Source: Thermotogaceae bacterium (GTDB lineage: Bacteria > Thermotogota > Thermotogae > B21-G9 > HyVt-16). Taken from it: 39,086 nucleotides of DNA. Positions 18,415 through 26,553 of the stretch are shown piece by piece. The translations under genes were made by a program, and so were the position numbers. Under the pieces are notes generated by a model. That model saw only the letters and a list, made by a program, of their open reading frames with translations. It made no database searches and was not told the origin of the DNA. Location of the stretch: positions 1 through 39,086 of the forward strand of contig DQYP01000172.1 in assembly GCA_011043375.1 (NCBI GenBank), in the 5' to 3' direction. Every line of letters starts with the position of its first letter. Position 1 is the first letter of the stretch.

Positions 18415-18894
18415 TTATAACGCTTCGTAAATTATTATTGGTGTCATAAGGCCAGCAGTAATCAAATCCCAATTATCTGCTATTACTCTTGCCCATTGCC
18501 TTATAGTATGCGCTGTAGGTTTTATTGCGCCTTTTATGTCTTCTAAATTTCTAACAATATCCCAGTAAATTGCATTTTGTAATTCAACGTAGTGCTTTTT
18601 GTTAGGAAAGGCACTCTTAATAGCCTCAAAGTGTAAAACTTTAACCGCTTTTTCAAATTCATCAAACGCGTCGTCCGGTACTATGCGCATTGCAAGCGTT
18701 TTTAACCCTGTTTCCAACTCGGGTGGTTCCACCCCAAGCTCTTCAATATATGCCGTCAACTCCTCAATTGTGTTCAGCAGCATGTTGATAGCTTGCTCTT
18801 TTAGTGCGTTTTGTTCTTCTAATTCTTCATACTCACGCAAAAGCTGTCTGTAGCGTGCTTTAAGATGTTTCAGTTGTTCTTCACATGTCAACAT
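18415..18894 (-). CDS. hypothetical coiled-coil protein
   Basis: ATG 18894 lies 7 nt after AGGAGGTG. The N-terminus is coiled-coil. Confidence 0.55.
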   Translation of the reverse strand: MLTCEEQLKHLKARYRQLLREYEELEEQNALKEQAINMLLNTIEELTAYIEELGVEPPELETGLKTLAMRIVPDDAFDEFEKAVKVLHFEAIKSAFPNKKHYVELQNAIYWDIVRNLEDIKGAIKPTAHTIRQWARVIADNWDLITAGLMTPIIIYEAL

Positions 18895-19267
18895 CGTCTT
18901 CCACCTCCTGTGGCGTATAGTTCTCAATGATATATGTTACTTCATCTATCACATATCCCGGAATATCTCCCGACCAACTTTCTTTGTATATCGATTCACC
19001 TTCATGGAAGATCTCAATATAGCCACCAGCTATATCAAAGTTTTTAATCACGTTTAAAATGTCCTCCATAACACTGTCAGCTACATAAGTGTTTGCCATC
19101 TCTTCTGCTTTTGTGTAAACTATTCCAAAATACGGCGATTTATATTTTGCTACTATAAGTCCTTCAACCACCACGCTGTTATGTTCTCCATATAGGATGT
19201 TTATTTCATAGCTTGGATAGTCAACTGACACACCAAGCACGATTTTAAGCTGATTTTCCAATATCAT
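18881..19267 (-). CDS. hypothetical protein
   Basis: ATGA overlap with the upstream gene. Confidence 0.6.
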   Translation of the reverse strand: MILENQLKIVLGVSVDYPSYEINILYGEHNSVVVEGLIVAKYKSPYFGIVYTKAEEMANTYVADSVMEDILNVIKNFDIAGGYIEIFHEGESIYKESWSGDIPGYVIDEVTYIIENYTPQEVEDDVDM

Positions 19268-19527
19268 ATTATCCCCTCCTTTTCAAGTTTTTTAAGAAAA
19301 ACCCCTATTTCGTCTACCGCGCTTGAAGACTTTTCAGAATCGCGCACGATATGTATTCCTATTGAGTATACTTCTTTTGAATCTCTATCTATATTCAAAA
19401 TTACATTAGCCCCTGATATCTCTACGATCACAAGCACTTCATCGCGACTTTCTTCGATGTCAACCGCTTTAGAAGGCGCGTAGACTGAAATTTTATGTAT
19501 TTTCTCTAAAATACCAGCTGGTAACAT
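19264..19527 (-). CDS. hypothetical protein
   Basis: RBS AAGGAGGG 6 nt upstream. Confidence 0.6.
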   Translation of the reverse strand: MLPAGILEKIHKISVYAPSKAVDIEESRDEVLVIVEISGANVILNIDRDSKEVYSIGIHIVRDSEKSSSAVDEIGVFLKKLEKEGII

Positions 19528-19562
19528 ATTATTCCCTCCTTTCTGATTTTAACATACTTAAT

Positions 19563-20054
19563 TCACATTTGTATATTTTGATATACTTCAAGTGTTGCCC
19601 AGTCCGCATCTCTAACTTTTTTCCATGTCTTATACCATCCTCTGTGCCAGTCGCTGATGGCGCCGACTATAGCTTTGGCTGTAGAGAAATATACCCTGAG
19701 AAAATCACGTTTTGGAAATTTGGTGTTGAGTTGATGGTGAGCCTTCTTAGTTGCGTTTTCGACTTTGTTTCCGATTTTAACGTAAATTCCGTCTTTTTGT
19801 CTCTTAAAGTAAATTCCTTTCATTGGGAGTTCCTTAACAGGATAAAATTTCCATGTATCTTGAGTGGGTCTGCTATAACCTGTGTTATTGCTGTTCTTTT
19901 TGCGTTTGGTGCCAACCGGAGCACGATTTTTAACTATAGCAAACTGTACTGCAGCAGCCCATCCAAAAGCGAGCGCGGTTTCTGCGTCAAGTCCGTCCTT
20001 TTCAAATTTTGCTTTCCATAACAGCATCATCTTTGGAAAGCGGTTAATCCTCAT
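19563..20054 (-). CDS. hypothetical basic protein
   Basis: ATG 20054 lies 8 nt after AAAGGAGG. Lys/Arg-rich. Confidence 0.55.
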   Translation of the reverse strand: MRINRFPKMMLLWKAKFEKDGLDAETALAFGWAAAVQFAIVKNRAPVGTKRKKNSNNTGYSRPTQDTWKFYPVKELPMKGIYFKRQKDGIYVKIGNKVENATKKAHHQLNTKFPKRDFLRVYFSTAKAIVGAISDWHRGWYKTWKKVRDADWATLEVYQNIQM

Positions 20055-20069
20055 CAAACCCACCTCCTT

Positions 20070-20489
20070 TCACTCTTTAAACCGTTCTGCTATTTCCTCT
20101 TCCAATTCAAGTGTTTCAATCAATTCACGTTTTATAATACCAAGTGCTTCTTTTCGTGTAGTCCAACTCTCCCACAGCAAAGGCATTATAAATGGCAAGT
20201 TGGTATCGATATAATTAGTCCATACATTTTCATCAAAATATTCCATAGCGGTTTCCCAAATATCATCTGGTGTTTCAAGCTCATCTAACGCTTCCCTGAG
20301 TATTGCTCTACCAATGACGTAATACAGCAAATTAACATCCAAATCCCCTCCGAGATCTTTCCAGTCCTCAATCCATTCTGCATTAAATTTATTAGCTATT
20401 TCAACTAAATTTCCAAGCAGTTCTACATCTTTTGTCCCGCAGTCAAGCATATCAGCCAAAAGGTTTTCATAAAATTCACTTCTCGCCAT
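20070..20489 (-). CDS. strongly acidic first gene of the leftward early operon (DNA-mimic / anti-restriction candidate)
   Basis: ATG 20489 follows GAGGAGGTG. By hand count of the tracked 142-aa ORF (the 139-aa CDS plus three N-terminal residues) there are about 34 D+E against about 12 K+R. Confidence 0.55.
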   Translation of the reverse strand: MARSEFYENLLADMLDCGTKDVELLGNLVEIANKFNAEWIEDWKDLGGDLDVNLLYYVIGRAILREALDELETPDDIWETAMEYFDENVWTNYIDTNLPFIMPLLWESWTTRKEALGIIKRELIETLELEEEIAERFKE

Positions 20490-20528
20490 GCCGTTCACCT
20501 CCTCGCTGATTTTTGCTTTCCGCTTCTA

Positions 20529-20557
20529 TATATACCACCTTCTTTATGAAAAATCAA
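20529..20557 (-). promoter_or_regulatory. sigma70-type promoter for the leftward early operon
   Basis: The minus strand reads TTGATT, a 17-nt spacer ending in GTGG, then TATATA. Confidence 0.55.
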
Positions 20558-20612
20558 TAAACAGAATGTTGCAAGAATGTTAACAAACATTGTGAAATAA
20601 AATATAACATAA

Positions 20613-20757
20613 GGGGTATCTTGAATACCCCAAAATCGTATCTCGGGCATTCTCAGACACCGCCTAATTGGGGGTTGAGAGGCTCATATTCGCACGATCT
20701 CACCCTTAGGGGTATAATCATATACCCCGCTTTGTGAAAATGCCTCTATGAGCCTCT
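20613..20757. promoter_or_regulatory. nested palindromes in the divergent control region
   Basis: GGGGTATcttgaATACCCC lies at 20613-20631 and GGGGTATAatcaTATACCCC at 20709-20728. The second is enclosed by GAGAGGCTCATA (20677-20688) pairing with TATGAGCCTCT (20747-20757). Confidence 0.4.
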
Positions 20758-20881
20758 GGTAAATCACAAGGTTTAATTCAGCTCTATAAGAAGAAATATT
20801 TTATTCCATTTCACAAAGTCAATGATATGAGAATTTAAAAATCATTGCTTATAATCTCGCAAAGCAAAATTTCACAAAGTC
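20730..20881. promoter_or_regulatory. three copies of a TTTCACAAAG box (operator-like)
   Basis: ATTTCACAAAGTC occurs at 20808-20820 and 20869-20881 as direct repeats 61 bp apart. An inverted copy CTTTGTGAAA lies at 20730-20739. Confidence 0.4.
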
Positions 20882-20950
20882 CTGAGATTGCAAGCAAAAC
20901 AAGCCTGAAACTCTCTCTCGCGACAGTAAATTGCGCGCGTGCGAACAAAA

Positions 20951-20975
20951 TCCCGAAAAATCGGGAATTATTTTT
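20951..20975 (+). terminator. short hairpin plus T-run in the intergenic region
   Basis: TCCCGA-aaaa-TCGGGA followed by ATTATTTTT. It is followed by the same TAAGGTAAATT / AAATTTAAAT motifs seen after the terminator at 24832. Confidence 0.35.
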
Positions 20976-21299
20976 GCCTTAAGGTAAATTTAAATAGCTA
21001 TATTTATAAAAAAAGATTTCTCCCGTCCATTCTAACTCCCTTTTACGTCTTTTGCGCTTTTTCTTACTCCTTCCGTTCTTTACTCCACACCACACCCATG
21101 AGCATGCGTATGCTCCGCTGTTTACGCATTTTATATCTCGTGTGCGAAATGCGTAAAGATAAGGGCGTTTTTCTCTTTTTTGGGCGTCTACTTTCTACAT
21201 ACTCAAAAACTCGAGTTAGTCAAGATTAACATAAAATTTAAAATCTGAGTCTATAAGAGAAAAATCGAAATCGTTAACAGAATTGTAAACTCACGATGC

Positions 21300-21327
21300 T
21301 TGAATCGTAACATGAAATCAGTATAAT
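21300..21327 (+). promoter_or_regulatory. sigma70-type promoter for the rightward early operon
   Basis: TTGAAT (21300-21305), a 16-nt spacer, then TATAAT (21322-21327), about 50 nt upstream of the 21377 gene. Confidence 0.55.
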
Positions 21328-21376
21328 GAGGGTGAGGATTCTATAAGATAATAAAGGATAAGAGGAGGGGTTTATT

Positions 21377-21604
21377 ATGCGCAAAAAGCGATTTTTGAAT
21401 ATTTTACGTAAACTAATGGATAAGGGATTAGTTAAAGTCGAAAACGTAGTAGATCATAAAGGACAACTTGAACGCATATATAGGTCGATAGCAGAAGATG
21501 AAGTAATAATCATGATCAGCGTTATTGGTGAGGATGGCGTAAAAAGTGTATATCGCAATGAAAACGCGCTCCAGCGTTTATGGAGCGCTTTACGTTTATG
21601 GTGA
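21377..21604 (+). CDS. small protein, possible winged-helix DNA-binding protein
   Basis: RBS GAGGAGGGG. The segment LNILRKLMDKGLVKVE resembles a wHTH recognition region. Weak call. Confidence 0.45.
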   Translation: MRKKRFLNILRKLMDKGLVKVENVVDHKGQLERIYRSIAEDEVIIMISVIGEDGVKSVYRNENALQRLWSALRLW

Positions 21605-21631
21605 ACAAAAACGTAAAGGGAGGTGTTTGGC

Positions 21632-22945
21632 ATGATTCGTATTGAAGTGGAGCGTGCAGCAGTAGAGGTGTTAAAAGAGTATTGGGATACGAATTTTACA
21701 GAAGACGTAGAAAGAATCCTTGAGGAAGAATACTATATTAGTGTAACCAACATTATCAACACAATTGAAAAACCCGATATAATTGACGGCAAAGTGGTGT
21801 TGCGTGCATTAAACTCAGACTACGTGCCCATAGCAGTAGATCCAAAATATTTTGGAGGCGTATATTACGTCGGAGACAATAATAACTTGGTTCCTATCTA
21901 TCCACGTTACCATACAGACAGCGACTACGGCCACGTTCTTGACGTAGACGTAGCAGAATACGTAGGAATAGAGTTTGAAGTTGGAACGCGCTTGCAGCAT
22001 ATTATGCTCAGAGATGTATTAAAACACACCTCATATTATGATGCGTCAGTTGAAGCAGAGTTTAAAATTCCACTTTCACCCTACACAAAGCAGCAAATCG
22101 AAGCAATTTACTGGTTTAAACGTTTTAAAGGTTTTAAACGTGATTTTCCAGTTTCTACCCATCTTCACGTTTCTTGGTGGTGGCTATATATGGCCACCGC
22201 AAAGCAATACAAAGAACGTGTTAAGACGCCTGATGCACCAGAGGAGTATTTTGGCAGAAGTTATAACAGTTACTGTAATGAAGGCGTTTCACGTTCTCAT
22301 TATGCGACATTTCATTTGGGAGTATATGACGTCAGCAGTGATAGAGCGGAGCATCCAGCGTGGATTGATACATTCGAATTTCGATTACCTGCGGCGCAGA
22401 ATTTGCAGCAATTACGCAATTCGATACTCTGGATATACATGGCAGGAATAGATGCATTACGCGATTTGCACTTAACTCGCGATTATAAATATTGGCTGCA
22501 GCGCCCTGAGTTCATTATAGCACTCAGCCGCAAGATACGTAAAGAGTTGCTGATTGATGATATTGTATTGATTTCTGCAGTTGACTATTATGACTACCTT
22601 GGGCATATTGGAGCAGAAGATATGTATGTTGATGAGATTGACGTATTTGGCAAGAGTATATATCACTGGATAAATTACGAAGTAATTTACCGCTTTGATG
22701 GTAAAGATGCAGCACCTCGCATATATTACGGTGATATCGATGAAGAAGTAGAAAAAGGTGTGTATTACGGTGAATATTATTACATTGGCATTGACCGCAA
22801 AGAGCTTAAATACCGTGAAAAACGGTTGAGACGCTGGGAGAATGATATATTCTCATGGTTGGGAGTTGATATGAAAGAAGTTTATCGCATAGAAAAAGAG
22901 TTAAGTGGTAAATCACGCATAAAACTTTTGAGGGAGGTGGCTTGA
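21632..22945 (+). CDS. amidoligase (glutamine synthetase-like fold, Amidoligase_2 / GCS2-related)
   Basis: ATG 21632 lies 8 nt after GGGAGG. The ordered motifs are VGIEFEVG, DASVEAEFKIP, STHLHVSW and IDTFEFRLP. They match the E-x-E / E / H-x-H / E-F-R pattern of phage amidoligases as I recall it. Confidence 0.6.
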   Translation: MIRIEVERAAVEVLKEYWDTNFTEDVERILEEEYYISVTNIINTIEKPDIIDGKVVLRALNSDYVPIAVDPKYFGGVYYVGDNNNLVPIYPRYHTDSDYGHVLDVDVAEYVGIEFEVGTRLQHIMLRDVLKHTSYYDASVEAEFKIPLSPYTKQQIEAIYWFKRFKGFKRDFPVSTHLHVSWWWLYMATAKQYKERVKTPDAPEEYFGRSYNSYCNEGVSRSHYATFHLGVYDVSSDRAEHPAWIDTFEFRLPAAQNLQQLRNSILWIYMAGIDALRDLHLTRDYKYWLQRPEFIIALSRKIRKELLIDDIVLISAVDYYDYLGHIGAEDMYVDEIDVFGKSIYHWINYEVIYRFDGKDAAPRIYYGDIDEEVEKGVYYGEYYYIGIDRKELKYREKRLRRWENDIFSWLGVDMKEVYRIEKELSGKSRIKLLREVA

Positions 22946-22947
22946 GT

Positions 22948-23763
22948 ATGTGTAGGTTAGCCGCGTGGAGTAAGCTTAAACCGCAAAGCGAGGATCTTAT
23001 GTGGCTCCAAGCATCTAACGGTGGTGACGGGGATGGTTTCATTTACGTAACTGGAGATCTTGACGTAAAAGCCGAAAATGCAAAGGAAAATGCTATAGAA
23101 TACGTAGACGGGCTTACAATAGCAAGGTTTATGCCCTCCACCCAAAAAACAGCTTATAAATCAAAAAAGTCAGGTATAGTAGAATACTTTACATGGCCTG
23201 AGGAGATAGAATATATACAATTACCGCAGAGTGCATTTTATCACACAAGAATAAGGTCAAGCGGAGCTTACGGCATAATGCACACCCACCCTGCTATAAG
23301 TGGAAATATATTAGTTATGCAAAATGGCACCGAACGCGTTTTTGAGATAGAAGGCATGGCAGACTTTCAAGGCGTAGCATACTTGATAAATATTGGATAC
23401 ATAAAACCCGAAGCTTTGAAGTTTCTCACGCATTCGAATTGGTTTATAGTAAATACCGCAACCCATAAATTCTGGATAATAAGCGCAAAAAGCTTTGATC
23501 CGCTTTGGATGCACGAATTAAGTGATGAAGAATGGATTATAGCAAGCGAAGCAATTAGAGATGAAATGCGTGAATTCCTTGGAGTTATCAAAGGGCGCAT
23601 AACAGAAGACATGACGTTCAAGATAGAGAATGCAGATATTACATACGTCGAGAAAAAGAACGTAGAAAAATACTATGGCTATTATGGATATAACTCAACG
23701 GTGAATAATTCGAATTATACGAAATATTTATACGACGATTATCAAGCATGGGAAAGCTTTTAA
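22948..23763 (+). CDS. class II (Ntn, Cys2) glutamine amidotransferase, YafJ-like
   Basis: ATG 22948 lies 7 nt after GGGAGGTGG and gives an N-terminal MC (Cys2 nucleophile). Other motifs are GGDGDGF, HTRIRSSGAYGIMHTHPA and MQNGT. The 5' end is tightly coupled to the amidoligase gene. Confidence 0.6.
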   Translation: MCRLAAWSKLKPQSEDLMWLQASNGGDGDGFIYVTGDLDVKAENAKENAIEYVDGLTIARFMPSTQKTAYKSKKSGIVEYFTWPEEIEYIQLPQSAFYHTRIRSSGAYGIMHTHPAISGNILVMQNGTERVFEIEGMADFQGVAYLINIGYIKPEALKFLTHSNWFIVNTATHKFWIISAKSFDPLWMHELSDEEWIIASEAIRDEMREFLGVIKGRITEDMTFKIENADITYVEKKNVEKYYGYYGYNSTVNNSNYTKYLYDDYQAWESF

Positions 23764-23783
23764 CTTAAAGGGAGGTGAAGAGT

Positions 23784-24044
23784 ATGTTTTACGTAGCAAG
23801 TAAAGAAGTTTTAAAGAGAGTTAATGGAGTATATCATATCACAACCGTAAGTAGCCAAAAACTACTTCAAAAACTGCAAAAAGATAAATGGCGTGTAATT
23901 GATGGAAAAGTGCCAAGTCTTATAGTAAATAACATACCCGAAATAGTTTGGAGCAAAAGACGCGTCAAAAAGTTAAACTACCCACTTTATGTGGTCTTAG
24001 ATGATGAGAATATTTTACTCTTGAGGCATAAAAAAGGGTGGTGA
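23784..24044 (+). CDS. hypothetical protein
   Basis: ATG lies 6 nt after AGGGAGGTG. Confidence 0.6.
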   Translation: MFYVASKEVLKRVNGVYHITTVSSQKLLQKLQKDKWRVIDGKVPSLIVNNIPEIVWSKRRVKKLNYPLYVVLDDENILLLRHKKGW

Positions 24045-24050
24045 AAAACG

Positions 24051-24314
24051 ATGAGCATAGAAAAAGTTTTTGATGATGGAATACTTGCAGTTTATAAAGA
24101 TAAGCGATATGGCATATTTTACTTTTACCCTGCGGGTGAAGATCCCCGCGGGGATTGTCTCGGATACCATGAAGTGTTAGAGCTTGCGCAAAATGAAGCA
24201 AAACGCAAGGAATACTTAAAGTGGCTTGAGCTTGACGCCTCACGTAATAATACATGGTCAACTCTATTTTACGCAATGAGTATAACTTCAAAGGGAGGTG
24301 AGTTTAATGAGTAA
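24051..24314 (+). CDS. hypothetical protein
   Basis: ORF in the operon, preceded by GGGTGGTGA. Confidence 0.55.
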   Translation: MSIEKVFDDGILAVYKDKRYGIFYFYPAGEDPRGDCLGYHEVLELAQNEAKRKEYLKWLELDASRNNTWSTLFYAMSITSKGGEFNE

Positions 24315-24594
24315 AGAAAGGCTGATCGAAAAACTTGAGGTAGTTTATGATGAACTGAGTGAGAACACACAGGAAGTTATAGAAAACGCTTTAGAAGTCT
24401 TAAAGATTATAAACTTAACACACGGCGGGACTGCAGGTTATATAATAACCGTAGCAACTGGTGGCCCGCATATCGAAATCAATACGCGCGATGGACTCAT
24501 TCAAGGATGGTGGGGAGCAGATTATGCGGATATTAGCATTCCATGGCATTTGGTGGAGGAAATAGAAAATGCATTAAGTGAGGTGATCGCGTGA
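24307..24594 (+). CDS. hypothetical protein
   Basis: ATG 24307 lies 8 nt after GGGAGG. Confidence 0.55.
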   Translation: MSKERLIEKLEVVYDELSENTQEVIENALEVLKIINLTHGGTAGYIITVATGGPHIEINTRDGLIQGWWGADYADISIPWHLVEEIENALSEVIA

Positions 24595-24803
24595 TGTATA
24601 TCAATACCGAGATAATACGTCAAGAACGTTTAAAGAAAATTATCGATACTTTGCGCATAATAAGAGATGTTATATCAGATATAGCAATCGATGATGGATG
24701 GCTCGTGATACGTTTAAAACACGGTTCGATAATGAAAACGCAAAATTATTGGCTTGATGCAGAAGACGCAGAATGGTTAAAATACATGATCAAGGAAACT
24801 TGA
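24594..24803 (+). CDS. hypothetical protein (paralogue of 25199..25405); a GTG at 24591 is an alternative start
   Basis: GTGATG overlaps the upstream stop. The pattern ..IIDTLRIIRDVISD..VIRLKHG.. is similar to the 25199 product. Confidence 0.55.
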   Translation: MYINTEIIRQERLKKIIDTLRIIRDVISDIAIDDGWLVIRLKHGSIMKTQNYWLDAEDAEWLKYMIKET

Positions 24804-24831
24804 AGCGATCGACTCAATCGACTCAAATCAC

Positions 24832-24856
24832 GCGGGGCACTCAAGCCCCGCTTTTT
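24832..24856 (+). terminator. rho-independent terminator of the rightward early operon
   Basis: GCGGGGC-actcaa-GCCCCGC followed by TTTTT. Confidence 0.8.
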
Positions 24857-25136
24857 GCGTAAAAAATCAGGAAATTTAAATCGCATAAGGTAAATTATAT
24901 ATACAAGATTACGTTTTTCGCATCTCTTACGTCATTTTAACCCCATGTTTAGATTACTTAAACTACGCTTTAATTATTCTAACATTATTTTTGTGTAAAA
25001 GATGTTTTACATGGTCAATGATATAATCACCATAATAAAATTAGCACTCTCACCTTGAGAGTGATAACATATATGGCATAAAATAAGGCATATGATATGC
25101 CTTATGTTTTGTAACATTCTATTAACATTTCTTTTA

Positions 25137-25160
25137 TTGACTTTTCATAATCAGTATAAT
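25137..25160 (+). promoter_or_regulatory. candidate promoter of the single-gene cassette 25199..25405
   Basis: AATCAGTATAAT (25149-25160) is identical to the -10 region at 21316-21327. TTGACT at 25137 lies only 12 nt upstream, so the -35 assignment is uncertain. Confidence 0.4.
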
Positions 25161-25198
25161 AGAATCGGATTGACAATCGCAAGAGGGGGGATGATAAA

Positions 25199-25405
25199 AT
25201 GGTGATGTATAGCTGGGAGAGAAAAGGAAAGATATACGAGAGGATTATAGCACGCTTGAGGATGTTTACTGATATTATAGCACTTGACTATAAAGAGAAG
25301 TTTATTAAGGTTATCCGAAAAAACGGGACTGGAATTATTATACCAGTCCCGGAATTGAAAAAAGATGATATTGACTTTCTGAGAGATGAATTAGTTAAGG
25401 CATAA
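25199..25405 (+). CDS. hypothetical protein in a stand-alone promoter-to-terminator cassette
   Basis: RBS GAGGGGGG 8 nt upstream. Flanked by the terminators at 24832 and 25428. Confidence 0.6.
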   Translation: MVMYSWERKGKIYERIIARLRMFTDIIALDYKEKFIKVIRKNGTGIIIPVPELKKDDIDFLRDELVKA

Positions 25406-25427
25406 TTATTTATATCTTATCATCATC

Positions 25428-25454
25428 ATCCCGGCTCATGCCGGGATCTTTTTT
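25428..25454 (+). terminator. rho-independent terminator
   Basis: ATCCCGGC-tcat-GCCGGGAT followed by CTTTTTT. Confidence 0.8.
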
Positions 25455-25504
25455 ATCCTATTTAACAGGTATACAATTGTATACTATCAGAGGATAAAAT
25501 TAAA

Positions 25505-25523
25505 GGGCGCCTTATCGGCGCCC
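25505..25523 (-). terminator. rho-independent terminator of the RHH-like gene
   Basis: GGGCGCC-ttatc-GGCGCCC. On the minus strand it is followed by TTTAATTTT. Confidence 0.65.
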
Positions 25524-25544
25524 TGACTTGTGAGATATATAGTT

Positions 25545-25721
25545 TTATGCGTTTACTTTTTTCAAGATGTCTTCAAGTTGTCTCATTTCGGGTTTGCTCT
25601 CTATGAGCTCTCTTACTGCTTTCTCTATGGCCCTTTGGATGCTTCCATAAGCTGCTCTCAAAACTCTAACCTCACTCTCTTTCAGCTCAATCGCATACCT
25701 CATAGTCCTTTCACCCATCAT
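25545..25721 (-). CDS. small regulator, ribbon-helix-helix-like (CopG/Arc type) candidate
   Basis: ATG 25721 follows AGGGGGT. 58 aa with the predicted pattern short strand (RYAIELKE) then two helices. It has its own promoter and terminator and lies adjacent to the iteron region. Confidence 0.4.
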   Translation of the reverse strand: MMGERTMRYAIELKESEVRVLRAAYGSIQRAIEKAVRELIESKPEMRQLEDILKKVNA

Positions 25722-25775
25722 AAAACCCCCTTTCAAGTTTTTTTCATTGACCCTTCATCTCACTTTCCATTATAC

Positions 25776-25804
25776 TTTATACACCACGCATTATAAAAAG
25801 TCAA
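25776..25804 (-). promoter_or_regulatory. sigma70-type promoter of the RHH-like gene
   Basis: The minus strand reads TTGACT, a 17-nt spacer ending in GTGGTG, then TATAAA. Confidence 0.5.
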
Positions 25805-26066
25805 GTAACAGAAATGTTAACATCATGCTATTTATATGTTATCAACCTTTAATCACATTTAACACCCTCTATTATCCCTTATATCATGCTATCCCATCTC
25901 ATATCTTATAGTCATTTAACATTTCTCATATCATATAAATCTGAGTTTATTCTATCTAACACTCATATTAGATTCCCTAATCCCATTTTATTCTCTATAA
26001 TACTTTATCCCATCTTGTATCATTAGCCCTCTTATATCTATATCGATATATCTATATCGTTATATC

Positions 26067-26119
26067 TATCTAATGTCAAGTATGCTTTACATCTTTATTA
26101 TATCTAACATGTCAAGTAT
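26067..26119 (+). repeat. two copies of TATCTAA(T/CA)TGTCAAGTAT
   Basis: Copies at 26067-26083 and 26101-26119. Confidence 0.7.
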
Positions 26120-26152
26120 ATTTGACACTATAACTGTCATACTTCTATATAA

Positions 26153-26230
26153 CAGTTAGACAGTTAGAGAAAAGCAGGTATTGTAAAAGCAGGTATTGTA
26201 GACGATATATATAATATATATATCATCGTC
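26153..26230 (+). repeat. tandem CAGTTAGA x2, tandem AAAGCAGGTATTGTA x2, then a 30-bp AT palindrome
   Basis: CAGTTAGA lies at 26153-26160 and 26161-26168. AAAGCAGGTATTGTA lies at 26171-26185 and 26186-26200. GACGATATATATAATATATATATCATCGTC lies at 26201-26230. Confidence 0.8.
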
Positions 26231-26386
26231 AATATATCCTCTTATCTCCCATTATAGGCCCTCTTATTCCAGAGTCCTCTCATATCGGGGACTTATACTC
26301 TCATATATTCATACGTATACTATTATATATCGTGTCGTAAAAGAGATATTTTACGACATTATAGCTTATATCTCATTACTTTTAGG

Positions 26387-26443
26387 TTATCTTATCTAAC
26401 GTATTAGTTATCTTATCTAACATGTTAGTTTATCTTATCTAAC
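26387..26443 (+). repeat. three tandem iterons TTATCTTATCTAAC spaced 21 and 22 bp apart
   Basis: Exact 14-mers at 26387-26400, 26408-26421 and 26430-26443. The TATCTAAC core also occurs at 25953 and 26101. Confidence 0.85.
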
Positions 26444-26553
26444 ATTATACCTCATTAAATGTTAGTTACTATAAAAGATGTTTTTTACGCTATTACCCCT
26501 ATACCCTTATTTTACGTAGAGAATGAGAGGGAATGGGGGTATACTAAAAAAAT

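Noticed and set aside
20939-21229. 96-aa plus-strand ORF in the divergent control region
   Set aside because: It has no Shine-Dalgarno site and a low-complexity, Cys/Phe/Leu-rich translation. It spans terminator-like and palindromic elements and is more plausibly regulatory DNA.
25940-26460. Possible CRISPR array in the repeat-rich non-coding region
   Set aside because: The repeats are only 8-15 nt and belong to several unrelated families, with irregular or 21-22-bp spacing and no spacer-like unique segments of uniform length. No cas genes are present. They fit iterons better than CRISPR.
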